From Deinococcus sp. (lineage in GTDB: Bacteria > Deinococcota > Deinococci > Deinococcales > Deinococcaceae), in the NCBI GenBank assembly GCA_965261005.1, contig OZ253375.1, forward strand, positions 1,184,001 to 1,248,000: a stretch of DNA of 64,000 nt. The letters run 5' to 3'. The notes beneath the pieces are model-generated. The model saw nothing but the letters and a program-made list of their open reading frames with translations, was not told the origin of the DNA and did not search any database. Position numbers and translations under genes: made by a program. Below are positions 35,362 to 45,785 of this stretch, in pieces. Within the stretch, counting starts at the first letter, position 1, and the number at the start of each line of letters is the position of its first letter.

Positions 35362-36453
35362 ATGCTGGCAGGAGAAGCCCCGCGCGCTTACGGCACCGTC
35401 CTGATCGCGGGCGTGGGCCTGATCGGCGGCAGCGTCGCGCTGCGAATCAAGAGCTTACTCTTGGCGCGGCGCGTGATCGGCCTTGACCAAAGCAGCGAGG
35501 CCCTCAACACCGCCGTCGCCCTGGGCGTCATTGACGAGGCGCAGTTGGAGCCGGGCGGGTGGCTCTCGGACGTGGACTTGGTGGTGTTGGCCGCCCCGGT
35601 GGCCGCCATTCCCGAACTCGCGCGCCGCTTGGCGCGCTTCACCAAGCCGGGCGCGCTGTTCACCGACGTGGGCAGCGTCAAGGGGCCGCTGGCGCGCGCT
35701 CTCTCAGACCTGCCCAACTTCGTGCCGGGGCACCCCATGGCCGGCAGCGAGCGCGCCGGCGTCGAGCACGCCAGCGGCTCGCTGCTGCAAAACGCCGTGT
35801 GGGTGCTGACGCCCAGCGACGAGACGCCGCTGCCGGCCCTGGCACGGGTGCGCGCCCTGGTCGAGCAGCTGGGCGCCGCCCCCGTGGTGATGCCGCCCGA
35901 GGCGCACGACCAATTGGTCGCGACCATCTCGCACCTCCCCTACCTGACCAGCCTCGCGCTGACGCACATGGTCGCGCGCGACGAGCGCCTCGCGCTGCTG
36001 GCCGCCGGCGGCTTTCGCGACCTCACCCGCGTGGCCAGCGGCGATCCGCGCATGAGCCGCGACATGGTGGTGGAGAATCGTCACGCCCTGCGCGAAGCCC
36101 TCGGCCGCTTTCGGCGCGAACTGGACCACTTGGAGGCCCAGCTTGACTTGCCCGAAGACCTGCTGGACGCGGCGCGCGAAAGCAAACGCACCCGCGACAG
36201 CCTGCCCATCGTGCGCCGCAGCCTGCTGCCGCCGCGCCACGATCTGCTGGTGGCCGTCGAGGACCGGGCGGGCGAACTCGGGCGCATCACCCAGCTGGTG
36301 GGAGGGGGCGGCGTCAACATCAAGGACATCGAGGTGCTGGCCATTCGCGAGCAGGGCGGCAGCGTCCGTTTGGGCCTGGAGACGCCCGACGACGTGGACC
36401 GGGCGCGCGCCGTGCTGGAGCGCGCCGGCTACACCACCCGCAGCCGGGTCTGA
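35362..36453 (+). CDS. tyrA: prephenate dehydrogenase with ACT domain
   Basis: GVGLIGGS, TDVGSVK, GHPMAGSE, SHLP, GFRDLTRVA; C-terminal ACT. Confidence 0.92.
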   Translation: MLAGEAPRAYGTVLIAGVGLIGGSVALRIKSLLLARRVIGLDQSSEALNTAVALGVIDEAQLEPGGWLSDVDLVVLAAPVAAIPELARRLARFTKPGALFTDVGSVKGPLARALSDLPNFVPGHPMAGSERAGVEHASGSLLQNAVWVLTPSDETPLPALARVRALVEQLGAAPVVMPPEAHDQLVATISHLPYLTSLALTHMVARDERLALLAAGGFRDLTRVASGDPRMSRDMVVENRHALREALGRFRRELDHLEAQLDLPEDLLDAARESKRTRDSLPIVRRSLLPPRHDLLVAVEDRAGELGRITQLVGGGGVNIKDIEVLAIREQGGSVRLGLETPDDVDRARAVLERAGYTTRSRV

Positions 36454-36627
36454 CAAAACGGGTGTGACCAAAAGCGAATGACCACGCCGAGCATCTTCAC
36501 CGATCTAAAACCGAATTCTCATTAGGTGAACACCATGAAGAGCGCCTGACAATGCTTTGATCTTCTGCGGCGCGCACGACCCGACTTGCCCCAACTTGTG
36601 ATGGGGTTTGAGCGTACTGGAGGCTGA

Positions 36628-38532
36628 ATGAACTTGAAAACTGCGACCGCCGGCTTCGTGAGCCTCACCCTGACCCTGGTCCTGGGGTCATGCGGGGGAA
36701 GCGCCCCGACCACCGCTGTAGCGCTGTCCACCAGCAATGCTGCGGCCGGCTCGTCCCTCACCGAGCTGACGGAGGCCAGAAGAAGGCAAAAAGAGCCTGT
36801 GTGTGACGCCAAGCTGGACCCAATCACCGCGCTGACCGAGGTGCAGGGGAACGGCGCGACCAGCCCGCTGCTGGGCCAGCGGGTGAACGTGCGGGGCGTC
36901 GTCACGGCCGACTTTCAGCAGGGCCTGGGCGGCTTTTTCATCGAGCAGCCAAGGGTGGACGGCCAGCCTGGGGCCTCGCGCGGCGTGTACGTGTTCACCG
37001 GCAAGGCGCCAGAGAGCGTGAAGGCCGGCGACTTCGTGCAGCTGAGCGCCAGCGTGGCCGAGTACAAGGGTAAGGGCGACAAGCTGCCTGGCACGGTCAC
37101 CGAGCTGACCGGCGTGACCGACTTGAGCGTGTGCGGCCCCGGCCCCAAAGTCACGCCCGCCAAGCTGACCCTGCCCGCCACGGACGCCGAGTTGGAACAG
37201 TACGAGGGCATGCTGGTCACCTTGCCGCAGACGCTGACCGTGACCGACAACTACGGTCTGGGTCGTTACGGCCAGTTGGGCCTGTCGGTGGGTGGGCGGC
37301 TGTTCGTGCCCACCAACGGCAACACCAACAGCACGGAGGCCCAGAACGACGCCCGGCGCATTCTGCTCGACGACGGCAACACCGCGCAGAACCCGCCCAG
37401 CATTCCTTACCTGACCTCGGACCACCCGCTCACGGCCACCCGCCGCGCGGGCGACACCGTGCGGAGGCTGACCGGCGTGCTGCACTACGCTTTCGATCAT
37501 TTCGTGATCGAGCCGACCGCCGCGCCCAACTTCAAAGCCAGCAACCCGCGCCCCGCCCGCCCCGCCCCCGTGGGCGGCAGCCTCAAGGTGGCGGGGGCCA
37601 ACGTCCTGAACTTCTTCGACACCTTCGGGGGCCCGAATGACCGTGGCGCCGACAGCGCCTACGAGTTCGCGCGCCAAAAGGCCAAGGTCGTGGCGGAGCT
37701 GCGCGGCCTCGACGCCGACGTGATCACCCTGATGGAGGTCGAGAACGACGGTGACGCGGCACTGAATACCCTGGTGGACGCGCTGAACAACAGCTACGGC
37801 GGGAGCGTGTACGCCGCCGTGGAGACCGGCGTGGTCGGCAGCGACGCCATCAAGGTCGCCATGATCTACCGGCCGGACCGCGTCAAGCCCCTCGGCCCGC
37901 CGACCATTGACGACAACGCCGACAACGTCTACAGCCGCCCGCCGGTGGCGCAGACCTTTCAGGACAAGCTGAGCGGCGGCGTGCTGACGGTGGTCGCCAA
38001 CCACCTCAAGAGCAAGGGCAGCTGTCCCAAGGGCGCCGGCGACCCCAACGCCGACCACGGCCAAGGCTGCTGGAACGCCTTGCGCGTGCAGCAGGCCCAG
38101 AAGCTGCTGAAGTTCAGCGCCCGCCTCGCGCAGACGACGGGCGACGCCGACGTGCTGCTGCTGGGCGACTTCAACGCCTACGGCGCCGAGGACCCCGTGC
38201 AGGCCCTCAGGGCGGGCGGCTTCACGCACGAGAACCTGCGCATTCCGGCCGCCGAGCGCTACTCCTTCGCCTTTATGGGCGAGTTCGGCTCGCTCGACCA
38301 CGCCTTTGCCAGCGCCAGCCTCGACAAGCAGATCACGGGCGTCAGGGAGTGGCACATCAACAGCGACGAGCCGGTGATCCTCGACTACAACGTGGAGTAC
38401 AAGCAGAACCCCGAGTGCCAGACCTCGACGTGCGGCGGCCCGGACCTCTACGCGCCCACCCCCTACCGCGCCAGCGACCACGATCCGGTCTTGATCGGCC
38501 TGAACCTGCGGCGCGACGCGCCCAAGCCCTGA
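36628..38532 (+). CDS. ExeM/NucH family extracellular endonuclease (lipoprotein)
   Basis: Lipobox LGSC; OB domain; EEP motifs NVLNFF, NHLKSKG, LGDFNAY, SLDH, SDHDP. Confidence 0.9.
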   Translation: MNLKTATAGFVSLTLTLVLGSCGGSAPTTAVALSTSNAAAGSSLTELTEARRRQKEPVCDAKLDPITALTEVQGNGATSPLLGQRVNVRGVVTADFQQGLGGFFIEQPRVDGQPGASRGVYVFTGKAPESVKAGDFVQLSASVAEYKGKGDKLPGTVTELTGVTDLSVCGPGPKVTPAKLTLPATDAELEQYEGMLVTLPQTLTVTDNYGLGRYGQLGLSVGGRLFVPTNGNTNSTEAQNDARRILLDDGNTAQNPPSIPYLTSDHPLTATRRAGDTVRRLTGVLHYAFDHFVIEPTAAPNFKASNPRPARPAPVGGSLKVAGANVLNFFDTFGGPNDRGADSAYEFARQKAKVVAELRGLDADVITLMEVENDGDAALNTLVDALNNSYGGSVYAAVETGVVGSDAIKVAMIYRPDRVKPLGPPTIDDNADNVYSRPPVAQTFQDKLSGGVLTVVANHLKSKGSCPKGAGDPNADHGQGCWNALRVQQAQKLLKFSARLAQTTGDADVLLLGDFNAYGAEDPVQALRAGGFTHENLRIPAAERYSFAFMGEFGSLDHAFASASLDKQITGVREWHINSDEPVILDYNVEYKQNPECQTSTCGGPDLYAPTPYRASDHDPVLIGLNLRRDAPKP

Positions 38533-38555
38533 GCGCGTAAGCCCCCGTCTTCTTC

Positions 38556-38585
38556 GGCGCCCCCATGTGGGGGCGCCCTCTTTTT
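38556..38585 (+). terminator. intrinsic terminator
   Basis: GGCGCCCCC-atgt-GGGGGCGCC followed by ctcTTTTT. Confidence 0.65.
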
Positions 38586-38610
38586 GTTCCCTAGGCTTTA
38601 CCATCCTCCT

Positions 38611-39330
38611 ATGCCCGACTTCGGCCTCATCTTCGACATGGACGGCGTGATCGCCGACACGCTGGGGCCGCACGCGCGCTCGTGGCGCCGCCTCGCGGGG
38701 GAGCAGGGCATCCCGTTCGCGCCGGAGACGGGCGCCGCCCTGCTGGGCCGCGAGCGCGGCGAGGCGCTGGGCGTGCTGCTGGGCGGGCGTGAAGTGAGCG
38801 CTCCCGAGCGCGCGGCGCTGCTGGCCCGCAAGCAAGAACTCTTTTTGAGCGCTCCCGAGCGCGCGGCGCTGCTGGCCCGCAAGCAAGAACTCTTTTTGGA
38901 GGCGCTGGGCGACTTCGGGCCGCAGGACGCCTTGCCGGGGGTGCGCGAGCTGCTGTCGGAGGCCCGCGAACAAGGCGTGCCGCTCGGCTTGGCCTCGTCC
39001 AGCCGCAACGTCGGCCTGATTCTGGAGCGGCTGGGCTTGTTGGGCGCCTTTGACGCCGTGGCGGACGGCACCAGCGTGGTCCGTTCCAAGCCCGCGCCGG
39101 ACATCTTCGTGTGGACGGCGGGGCGGCTGAACCTCAGCCCGGCGCGCTGCGTGGTCTTCGAGGACGCGGCGGCCGGCGTGGAGGCGGCCCTCGCGGGCGG
39201 CTTTCAGGTGGTCGGCTTGGGCGACCCCGCCCAGGTGGGCGCGGCGCAGCGGGTGCGAAAAGACTTGGTCGGCGCCACCGTCGCCGAGTTCGCCCCGCCG
39301 TGGGAAGCTACAGTGACGGGCGATGGCTGA
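38611..39330 (+). CDS. HAD phosphatase, beta-phosphoglucomutase-like
   Basis: FDMDGVI, ASSSRN, KPAPDIF, VFEDA. Confidence 0.87.
   Translation: MPDFGLIFDMDGVIADTLGPHARSWRRLAGEQGIPFAPETGAALLGRERGEALGVLLGGREVSAPERAALLARKQELFLSAPERAALLARKQELFLEALGDFGPQDALPGVRELLSEAREQGVPLGLASSSRNVGLILERLGLLGAFDAVADGTSVVRSKPAPDIFVWTAGRLNLSPARCVVFEDAAAGVEAALAGGFQVVGLGDPAQVGAAQRVRKDLVGATVAEFAPPWEATVTGDG
38795..38896 (+). repeat. perfect 51-bp tandem duplication inside the HAD gene
   Basis: 38795-38845 equals 38846-38896, giving SAPERAALLARKQELFL twice. Confidence 0.95.
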
Positions 39331-40027
39331 CCCCAAACCCACTGCTCTCAGGCCCACCGCCCTGATCACCGGCGCGACCGGCGGCATCGGCCGCGCCCTG
39401 GCCGTCGCCCTGGCCCCTACCTACGACCTGATCCTGAGCGGGCGCGACGCCGGCAAGCTCGCCGCCCTCGCCGCCGACTTCGCGGGGGCGCGCGCCTTGC
39501 CGCTCGACTTGGAGCGCCCGGAAAGCTTCGGGCCGGTCCTGAGCGGTCTGGAGACCCTCGACGCACTGATCCACAACGCCGGCGTTGTGGAGTTGGGCGC
39601 GGTGGCGGACGTGCCCGCTGAGGTCTGGAGCCACACCCTGGCCGTGAACGTGGTGGCGCCGGCCGAATTGACGCGCCTGCTGCTCCCGGCCCTGCGCGCG
39701 GCGCGGGGACAAGTCGTCTTCGTCAATTCCGGCGCCGGCCTGAGCGCCGGTCCCCATTGGGCCAGTTACGCGGCCAGCAAGTTCGCCCTGCGCGCCCTGG
39801 CCGACAGCCTGCGCGCCGAGGAGTCCCCCCAGGGGTTGCGCGTCACGACCGTGTATCCCGGCCGCACCGCCACCGACATGCAGCGCAAGGTGCGCGCCCA
39901 GGAAGGCGGGGAGTTTCAGGCGGACGCCTACCTGCGCCCGGAGAGCGTGGCGCGGGCAATCCTGAACGTGCTGAGCATGCCCGAGGGCGCCCTGATCGCG
40001 GAGCTGATGGTGCGCCCCGGCCCGTAG
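39323..40027 (+). CDS. SDR oxidoreductase
   Basis: TGATGGIG, HNAG, YAASK, PGRTAT. Confidence 0.9.
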   Translation: MADPKPTALRPTALITGATGGIGRALAVALAPTYDLILSGRDAGKLAALAADFAGARALPLDLERPESFGPVLSGLETLDALIHNAGVVELGAVADVPAEVWSHTLAVNVVAPAELTRLLLPALRAARGQVVFVNSGAGLSAGPHWASYAASKFALRALADSLRAEESPQGLRVTTVYPGRTATDMQRKVRAQEGGEFQADAYLRPESVARAILNVLSMPEGALIAELMVRPGP

Positions 40028-40072
40028 GGTATTCGGCGTTCCACAAGGCGTCCAGGCCCGTATACTGGCGGC

Positions 40073-40696
40073 ATGCACCCGGACCTGACGGCCGTACGAA
40101 CCGCGCTCGCGGGCGAGCCGGTGTCGTTTGCCCTTCTCGAAGTGCGCGGCGAGCGGGCGCGCGTGGCGCCGGCCCTTTCGCCGGACGCCTTGTACGCGCA
40201 GCTCGGCGAGCGTCTGGAGGAGGCTTGGAGCCTGACCTGGCACCTGGAACACGCCGAGCCGCCGGTGGTGCGCTGCCGCTTGGAGCTGCTCGGCCAGGCC
40301 CGCGAGGGGCTGAGCCGGGGCGGCGACTTGGAGAGCGCGCGCCAGTTGGCCCTCACCGAGGCGGCGCGCGCTTGGGGCCTGCTGCCGGAGCGCTACGCCG
40401 CCCCCGCGAGCTGGGTGGACTACGACCCGGACGAAGGACCCAACACCGCCGAGCTGGAAGGAGGCGAGCTGGACAGCCCTGAGCTGGATAGTGCGGAGCT
40501 GGTTCCCGAGACGCCGCCGCGCGACCCGCAATTGGAGCGCGCCCGGCAGCACATCGACGACTTGATGGACCAGTTGCGCGAGCGCGAGTTGGGCAAGCAG
40601 GCCAGCCGGGTGCTGGTCAAGCACGGCGGCTACGGCGAGACGGTGGAGGACAGCCGCAAGGTGTACGCCGAACTCAAGTCGCTGCTGCGGTCATAG
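40073..40696 (+). CDS. Rad52/DdrA-like ssDNA-annealing protein (putative)
   Basis: AWSLTW..VVRCRLELLG..REG..ALTEAARAWGL resembles the Rad52/Rad22 core. Confidence 0.5.
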   Translation: MHPDLTAVRTALAGEPVSFALLEVRGERARVAPALSPDALYAQLGERLEEAWSLTWHLEHAEPPVVRCRLELLGQAREGLSRGGDLESARQLALTEAARAWGLLPERYAAPASWVDYDPDEGPNTAELEGGELDSPELDSAELVPETPPRDPQLERARQHIDDLMDQLRERELGKQASRVLVKHGGYGETVEDSRKVYAELKSLLRS

Positions 40697-40704
40697 GGCG
40701 GGGC

Positions 40705-41466
40705 ATGCAAAAGTACATCGCCATCGGCGACGTTCACGCGGACTGGCCGACCTTGTGGGCCGCGCTGCGCGCCTCATACGCCGCCGACGCCGCCGGCAAC
40801 CCCAGCGCGCCCCTGATCGCCGGCCACTTTCAGGTGGTCCTGATCGGCGACTTGGTGCATCCTAAGAGCCACGGCGAGTACGCCCGCGTCAGCGGCAGGG
40901 GGGACTTCGACTTCGCCAACGCCGACCACCTCGCGCAGGCGGCGGCGACGCAGATCGAGCAGCTGGAGCGCCTGAAAGCCTTTGCCGAGGCGGCCAACGG
41001 CAACGTGCACATTCTGCTGGGCAACCACGACGACGCCGTTCTGAACGCCGGCTACCTGCTGGGCACCGGGTCGGGCGTGGTCCATACCGAGTTCGATCCA
41101 CAGCGCGGCGGCGTCGCCCTGCCGGATCACCTCAAGACCTGGTTCGCCGGGTTCGCCCGCGAATTGCGCGTGGGCCAGCTTCAGTTCGCCCACGTCGGCC
41201 CCATGCCCAGCATGACCCACTACGACGACCTGTTCTACGCCGACCACACCCACAAAACCTGGTGGCGCGAGCAGCCCGAACTGGTGCGCATGAGCGGCGT
41301 GCGCTTCGGCGTCTACGGCCACACCCAGATGCAGGGCGGCATCTACTTGCACGAGGGCGGCGACTTCGCCATCATCGACGCGCTGTCCAGCCGCGAGTAC
41401 CTGGAGATCATGGCGCGCCCGGAACTGGAGCAGCCGGTGTCCACCCTACGCGTGGCGCCGTTTTGA
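40705..41466 (+). CDS. calcineurin-like metallophosphoesterase
   Basis: IGDVH, IGDLV, LGNHD, YGHT. Confidence 0.85.
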   Translation: MQKYIAIGDVHADWPTLWAALRASYAADAAGNPSAPLIAGHFQVVLIGDLVHPKSHGEYARVSGRGDFDFANADHLAQAAATQIEQLERLKAFAEAANGNVHILLGNHDDAVLNAGYLLGTGSGVVHTEFDPQRGGVALPDHLKTWFAGFARELRVGQLQFAHVGPMPSMTHYDDLFYADHTHKTWWREQPELVRMSGVRFGVYGHTQMQGGIYLHEGGDFAIIDALSSREYLEIMARPELEQPVSTLRVAPF

Positions 41467-41498
41467 GCGTCACTGTTGTTGACAAGCCCCAGAATTTA

Positions 41499-41527
41499 TT
41501 GACAAGCCTGCGGGCCGCCGTTAGACT
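41499..41527 (+). promoter_or_regulatory. sigma70-type promoter of tRNA-Phe
   Basis: TTGACA-17 nt-TAGACT. Confidence 0.8.
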
Positions 41528-41549
41528 TGGACCGCCCGCCGAGGGGAAC

Positions 41550-41625
<76 letters not shown>

Positions 41626-41631
41626 AGAACA

Positions 41632-41660
41632 AAGAACCCCGTCTCAGGCGGGGTTTTTTG
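41632..41660 (+). terminator. intrinsic terminator after the tRNA
   Basis: AACCCCGTC-tca-GGCGGGGTT followed by a T run. Confidence 0.8.
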
Positions 41661-41761
41661 TTGTGGCGCCGGGTTGTTGGGCGGGGTGAGAAGGTCGGCC
41701 GTCGCAGATCGTCCAGAATGGGGTAGGCCGATAGCGCCCATCACCCGAAAAGGAGACCCCT

Positions 41762-43890
41762 TTGCTGCAACTCGACGACTTGCGCCGTCTCAGAAGTCCG
41801 CAGGCCATCGCCACCCTGTACCACCTGCTGGGCTACGCCGCCGACCAAGAGGCGACCCCCAACGCCGCCGAGGAGATCGGCATGCAGGGCGCGGCGGCGG
41901 GCAAGGTCCGGCGGGTCTTTCTGCTGGTGGACCAGGGCGACCTTCAGCACGTTCACTTCGAGGTCGGCGACCTGAGCGCGCCCAATTTGCGCGGCGTCGC
42001 GGAGACGTTCACGCGCCGGGCCGGCCAGTACCTGCTCTCGTTTGCGGACGGCGGGTACGATCAGGTCGTCTTCGTGAAGCCCTACGGTGAGGGGGGCGCC
42101 AAAAAGCTCAGCCGGCTGGTGATGCGGCCGGGCCGCCCGACCGCCCACGACCTCAGCGTGCTCAGGGAGATCGCGGCGGCGCCCGGCACGCCCCCGCTGG
42201 AGGCCCACGCCAAGCAGGTGAGGGCCTTTAACGTCGAGCGCGTCACCCGCAAGTTCTACGACGCCTACCACGCCCTGTTCGTCCACGTCCGGGGCACCAT
42301 AGCGGCCGAGAACCCCGGCGCGCGCATCGGCATGCTCGCCAGGAACCTCACGGGCGACCAGCCCAGTTTGCACGCCTTCACGCAGCGGCTGCTGGGCCGG
42401 GTGATCTTTCTCTACTTCATCCAGAAAAAGGGCTGGTTGGACGGGCGCGAGGACTTCATCAGCGACCTCTACCGCCGCGCCACCGCCCAGGACGGCCACA
42501 ATTTTTACCGCGACGCCTTGGAGCCGCTGTTCTTCGGGACCCTCAACACGCCGCGCCCCGATAGTGCCAGCCCCTTCGGCCGCGTGCCGTACCTGAACGG
42601 CAGCCTGTTCGAGCGCGAGTACCCGGACACCACCGTCCTGAACTTGCCGAACAGCCTGTTCGACCCCAACGAGACCGGCAGCATTCTGCACCTGCTCAAC
42701 AACTACAACTTTACGGTCGAGGAAAGCGGCAGCCTCGACCAGGACGTGAGCCTGGACCCGGAGATGCTGGGCAAAGTCTTCGAGAACATGATGGAGGCCG
42801 AGGAGGCCAGGAAGAGCGGCACCTTCTACACCCCCAGAAGCGTCGTGCAGTTCATGGCCGAGGAGACGCTCACCCGCTACCTGAGCGACCACACCGGCCT
42901 GCCCCAGGACCGCCTGCTGCCGCTGTGCGCCAACGACGGCGAGGCGCACGACCTGAGCCTGCCCGAGGCCAACGCGATCATCGCCGCGCTGGGCCGGGTC
43001 CGCATCCTCGACCCCGCCGTGGGCACCGCCTCTATGCTGGTCGGCGCCCTGAACGCTATGGTCCGCATTCGGCGCAGCGCCGAGGGCAAGCGCGGCGTGA
43101 GCGTCACCCCCGGCGGCAGCGCCCTGGCCGACTGGAAGCGCGAGTACATCCAACACTGTCTCTACGGCGTGGACATCAAGCACGAGGCCATCGAGATCGC
43201 CCGGCTGCGCCTGTGGCTGAGCTTGGTCGTGGACGCCCAAGAACCGGAGCCGCTGCCCAACCTCGACTACAAGCTGATGGCCGGCGACGGCCTGCTGGAA
43301 ACGGTGGACGGCACCCCCTTTATCAAGGCCGAGCAAGGTTTGCTGGGCGGCGCGGGCGAGGTCACGCTCAAGACCCGGCAGATCGAGCGGCTGCACGAGC
43401 AGTTCTTCCGCGAAGAAGACCCGCAGCGCCGCCGCGAGCTGCGGGGGGAGATTCAGCAACACGAGCGCGAGCTGTTCAAGGCCGACGTGGACGACCGCAT
43501 CCGGAACCTGGACGCCAACCTCACCGCCCTCAACCGCCAGATCGCCGACGCCCGCCAAGGCGAGCGCGCCCGCGCCACCCTGCTGAAGCGCCACGCCGCC
43601 CTCAGCGAGAACCTGGGCCGCCTGATCGAGCAAAAGGTCAAGGTCTGGGATGAGCAGGAGCCGCTGCCCTTCTTCTTGCACAACGTTCACTTCGCCGAGG
43701 TCATGAAGGGCCAGGGCGGCTTTGACATCGTGATCGGGAATCCGCCCTACGTGAGCATCGGCAACATGGACGGGCCGTACAAGGACGCCCTCAAGTCGGC
43801 CTTTCCAGACGTGGCGGCGGGCCGGGCCGACCTGTACGTGTACTTCTTCCAGAAGGGGTTGAACCTGCTGCGTGACGGCGGGCGGCTGGC
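41762..43890 (+). pseudogene. Eco57I/TaqI-like N6-adenine DNA methyltransferase, N-terminal part (truncated; ORF runs on to 43975)
   Basis: YLNGSLF, LGKVFE, GTFYTP, motif I ILDPAVGT, motif IV DIVIGNPPY; homology stops at GGRLA, where IS630 end sequence begins. Confidence 0.88.
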
Positions 43891-43920
43891 ATCCCTTATC
43901 CTATTCCTGGGATGTACTTA
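43885..43920. mobile_element. remnant end of a second IS630 copy
   Basis: 43885-43921 identical to 46816-46852, including the IR GGGATGTACT and the TA. Confidence 0.9.
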
Positions 43921-43974
43921 CGTACTGTATTTTGATGGCTTGAGTTCTCGTTCAATCCTCAGGAGGTTTCACTA

Positions 43975-44829
43975 GTGGCGCGTAAGAAAGGTCAAACGGA
44001 TCGATTGACTACCCAACACATAGCTAGCAAAGGCGTGGAAGGCATTTTTGGTGAGTTGGCCCGCAACCATGACCTGGACGTAGGAGAAGTCGCTACAAAG
44101 GTCATGGAAATTCTTTGCGTAGAGTTCCCTATGATGGAGTTCCGCAAACGCGCTTCAATAAGCAAATCGACAATCAACAAGCGTTTGCATAAAATCGACA
44201 ACAGGCTGGGGCATGAGCTTTTTGTTAGTAATGCAACGATCCGTCCGGATGGCGGTATCATCGAAGTCAAAGACGACAAAGGCGAATGGCGTATTGTTCT
44301 TGTTAAGGAAGCAAAATACCAGGGAAAGGATGTCGAGAATATTAAATCAGGCCTCCTCGTCGGTAAAAACGGCGATCAAGACATTATGGCAGCAGGAAAT
44401 GCAATAGAACGTTCTCATAAGAACATAAAAGAGATAGCTAATTATATGCTGGACGAGCAGCACTTTCCCTACGTGCTGTTTCTAGAAGGTTCCAACTTCC
44501 TCACTGAAACCATCGAGGTTACCCGACCAGATGGACGAAAGGTTAAACTTGAATATAACTCAAGCAATCTAAATAGGATTGATCGTCTTACCGCTGCCAA
44601 CTATTCACTGCCAATCAACACGAACTTATGTGAGAACATCAGTGTAATTAGTCGTGGTCAGGCGGTCATGCTACAGGCAGCTTCAATCTACACCGAAGGT
44701 CATGGTCAGAAATGGGATGCGGATAAGATGGCAGACATCATGCTGGATGTAGCCAAAACATCAATCAGATTGCTGGCAAGCGACTTATTTAATCAGATGA
44801 CTAGGCATGAAATAGGAAAGCAGAAATAA
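43975..44829 (+). CDS. EcoRI-family type II restriction endonuclease (probable GAATTC)
   Basis: Colinear with recalled R.EcoRI: PDGG, EAK, MAAGNAIERSHKN, HFPYVLFLEGSNF, NRIDRLTAANY, QAASIY; AGGAGG RBS; low GC. Confidence 0.93.
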   Translation: MARKKGQTDRLTTQHIASKGVEGIFGELARNHDLDVGEVATKVMEILCVEFPMMEFRKRASISKSTINKRLHKIDNRLGHELFVSNATIRPDGGIIEVKDDKGEWRIVLVKEAKYQGKDVENIKSGLLVGKNGDQDIMAAGNAIERSHKNIKEIANYMLDEQHFPYVLFLEGSNFLTETIEVTRPDGRKVKLEYNSSNLNRIDRLTAANYSLPINTNLCENISVISRGQAVMLQAASIYTEGHGQKWDADKMADIMLDVAKTSIRLLASDLFNQMTRHEIGKQK

Positions 44830-45782
44830 TGTCTCGACTCGTTGACCGTTCTTTCCTAACAGAAGCAAAGAAGAACAAAAACGACGAGTTTTATACCCAG
44901 GGGGTCGACATTGATCGTGAACTTCAACACTATGAGGATCACTTCAGACACAAGACTGTTTACTGCAACACAGATTGCCCAATCAGGAGTAATTTCGTCC
45001 GGTACTTCTTAGATAACTTTACTCGTCTTGGCTTGAGGCGTCTCATTGCTACCGGCTATGCGGCGGGTGGTAGCAATCGTGGAACCTACTTCTCATACAC
45101 AGGCAATCCGGATGAACTTGCCGCTTTGGAAACCGATAATTTAACACTACTGCGGGGGAATGGGGACTTCAGAAGTGACGAGTGTGTTTCCTTGCTCCGT
45201 GAATCGGATGTCGTTGTCACTAATCCCCCGTACTCCTTGCTTCGTGAGTTTGTTGGTTACATGGAATCTTTTGACAAAGACTTCCTGATTATTGCTACCG
45301 TCAACGCCATTACATATAAGAACATATTCCGACTCATTCATGACGGGAAGATCTGGCTTGGAATTGGTCTGGGACGTAATATTTCTGGTTTTATTGTTCC
45401 TGATCACTATGAGCTTTATGGTACTGAAGCGAGAGTGAATAACCGAGGCGAACGGATCGTTTCAACGAACAACAGCCTCTGGTTAACTAACTTGGACTTT
45501 GAACGGCGTCATCAGGAGATCCCCCTCGTGAAGACTTACAAGGCTAACGAGTCTGATTACCCTCATTATGACAATCTTAATGGTATCAATATCAACAAAA
45601 CCAAGGATATTCCTTCTGATTGGTTCGGACTGATGGGAGTCCCTATTACCTTCCTCCACAGACATAATCCCGATCAATTTGAGATTGTGAGGTTTCGCAA
45701 GGGGGATGACGGGAAAGATCTCCGAATCAACGGAAAAGAACCCTACTTCCGAATCATTATTAAACGAAGGGACGAAGGGTAA
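44829..45782 (+). CDS. EcoRI-family adenine methyltransferase
   Basis: AKKNKNDEFYT, VYCNTD, GNGDFRSDEC, VVTNPPYS, GLMGVPITFL; TAATG coupling to the endonuclease. Confidence 0.92.
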   Translation: MSRLVDRSFLTEAKKNKNDEFYTQGVDIDRELQHYEDHFRHKTVYCNTDCPIRSNFVRYFLDNFTRLGLRRLIATGYAAGGSNRGTYFSYTGNPDELAALETDNLTLLRGNGDFRSDECVSLLRESDVVVTNPPYSLLREFVGYMESFDKDFLIIATVNAITYKNIFRLIHDGKIWLGIGLGRNISGFIVPDHYELYGTEARVNNRGERIVSTNNSLWLTNLDFERRHQEIPLVKTYKANESDYPHYDNLNGININKTKDIPSDWFGLMGVPITFLHRHNPDQFEIVRFRKGDDGKDLRINGKEPYFRIIIKRRDEG

Positions 45783-45785
45783 GTA

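Noticed and set aside
36688..39387. Long antisense ORFs (899 aa here; also 48112-50541, 41741-43690, 2437-4227)
   Set aside because: Shadow frames of real genes in high-GC DNA, with no motifs.
41479..41508. TTGACAAGCC doublet as an operator
   Set aside because: The second copy is the tRNA -35; the first is most simply a short duplication.
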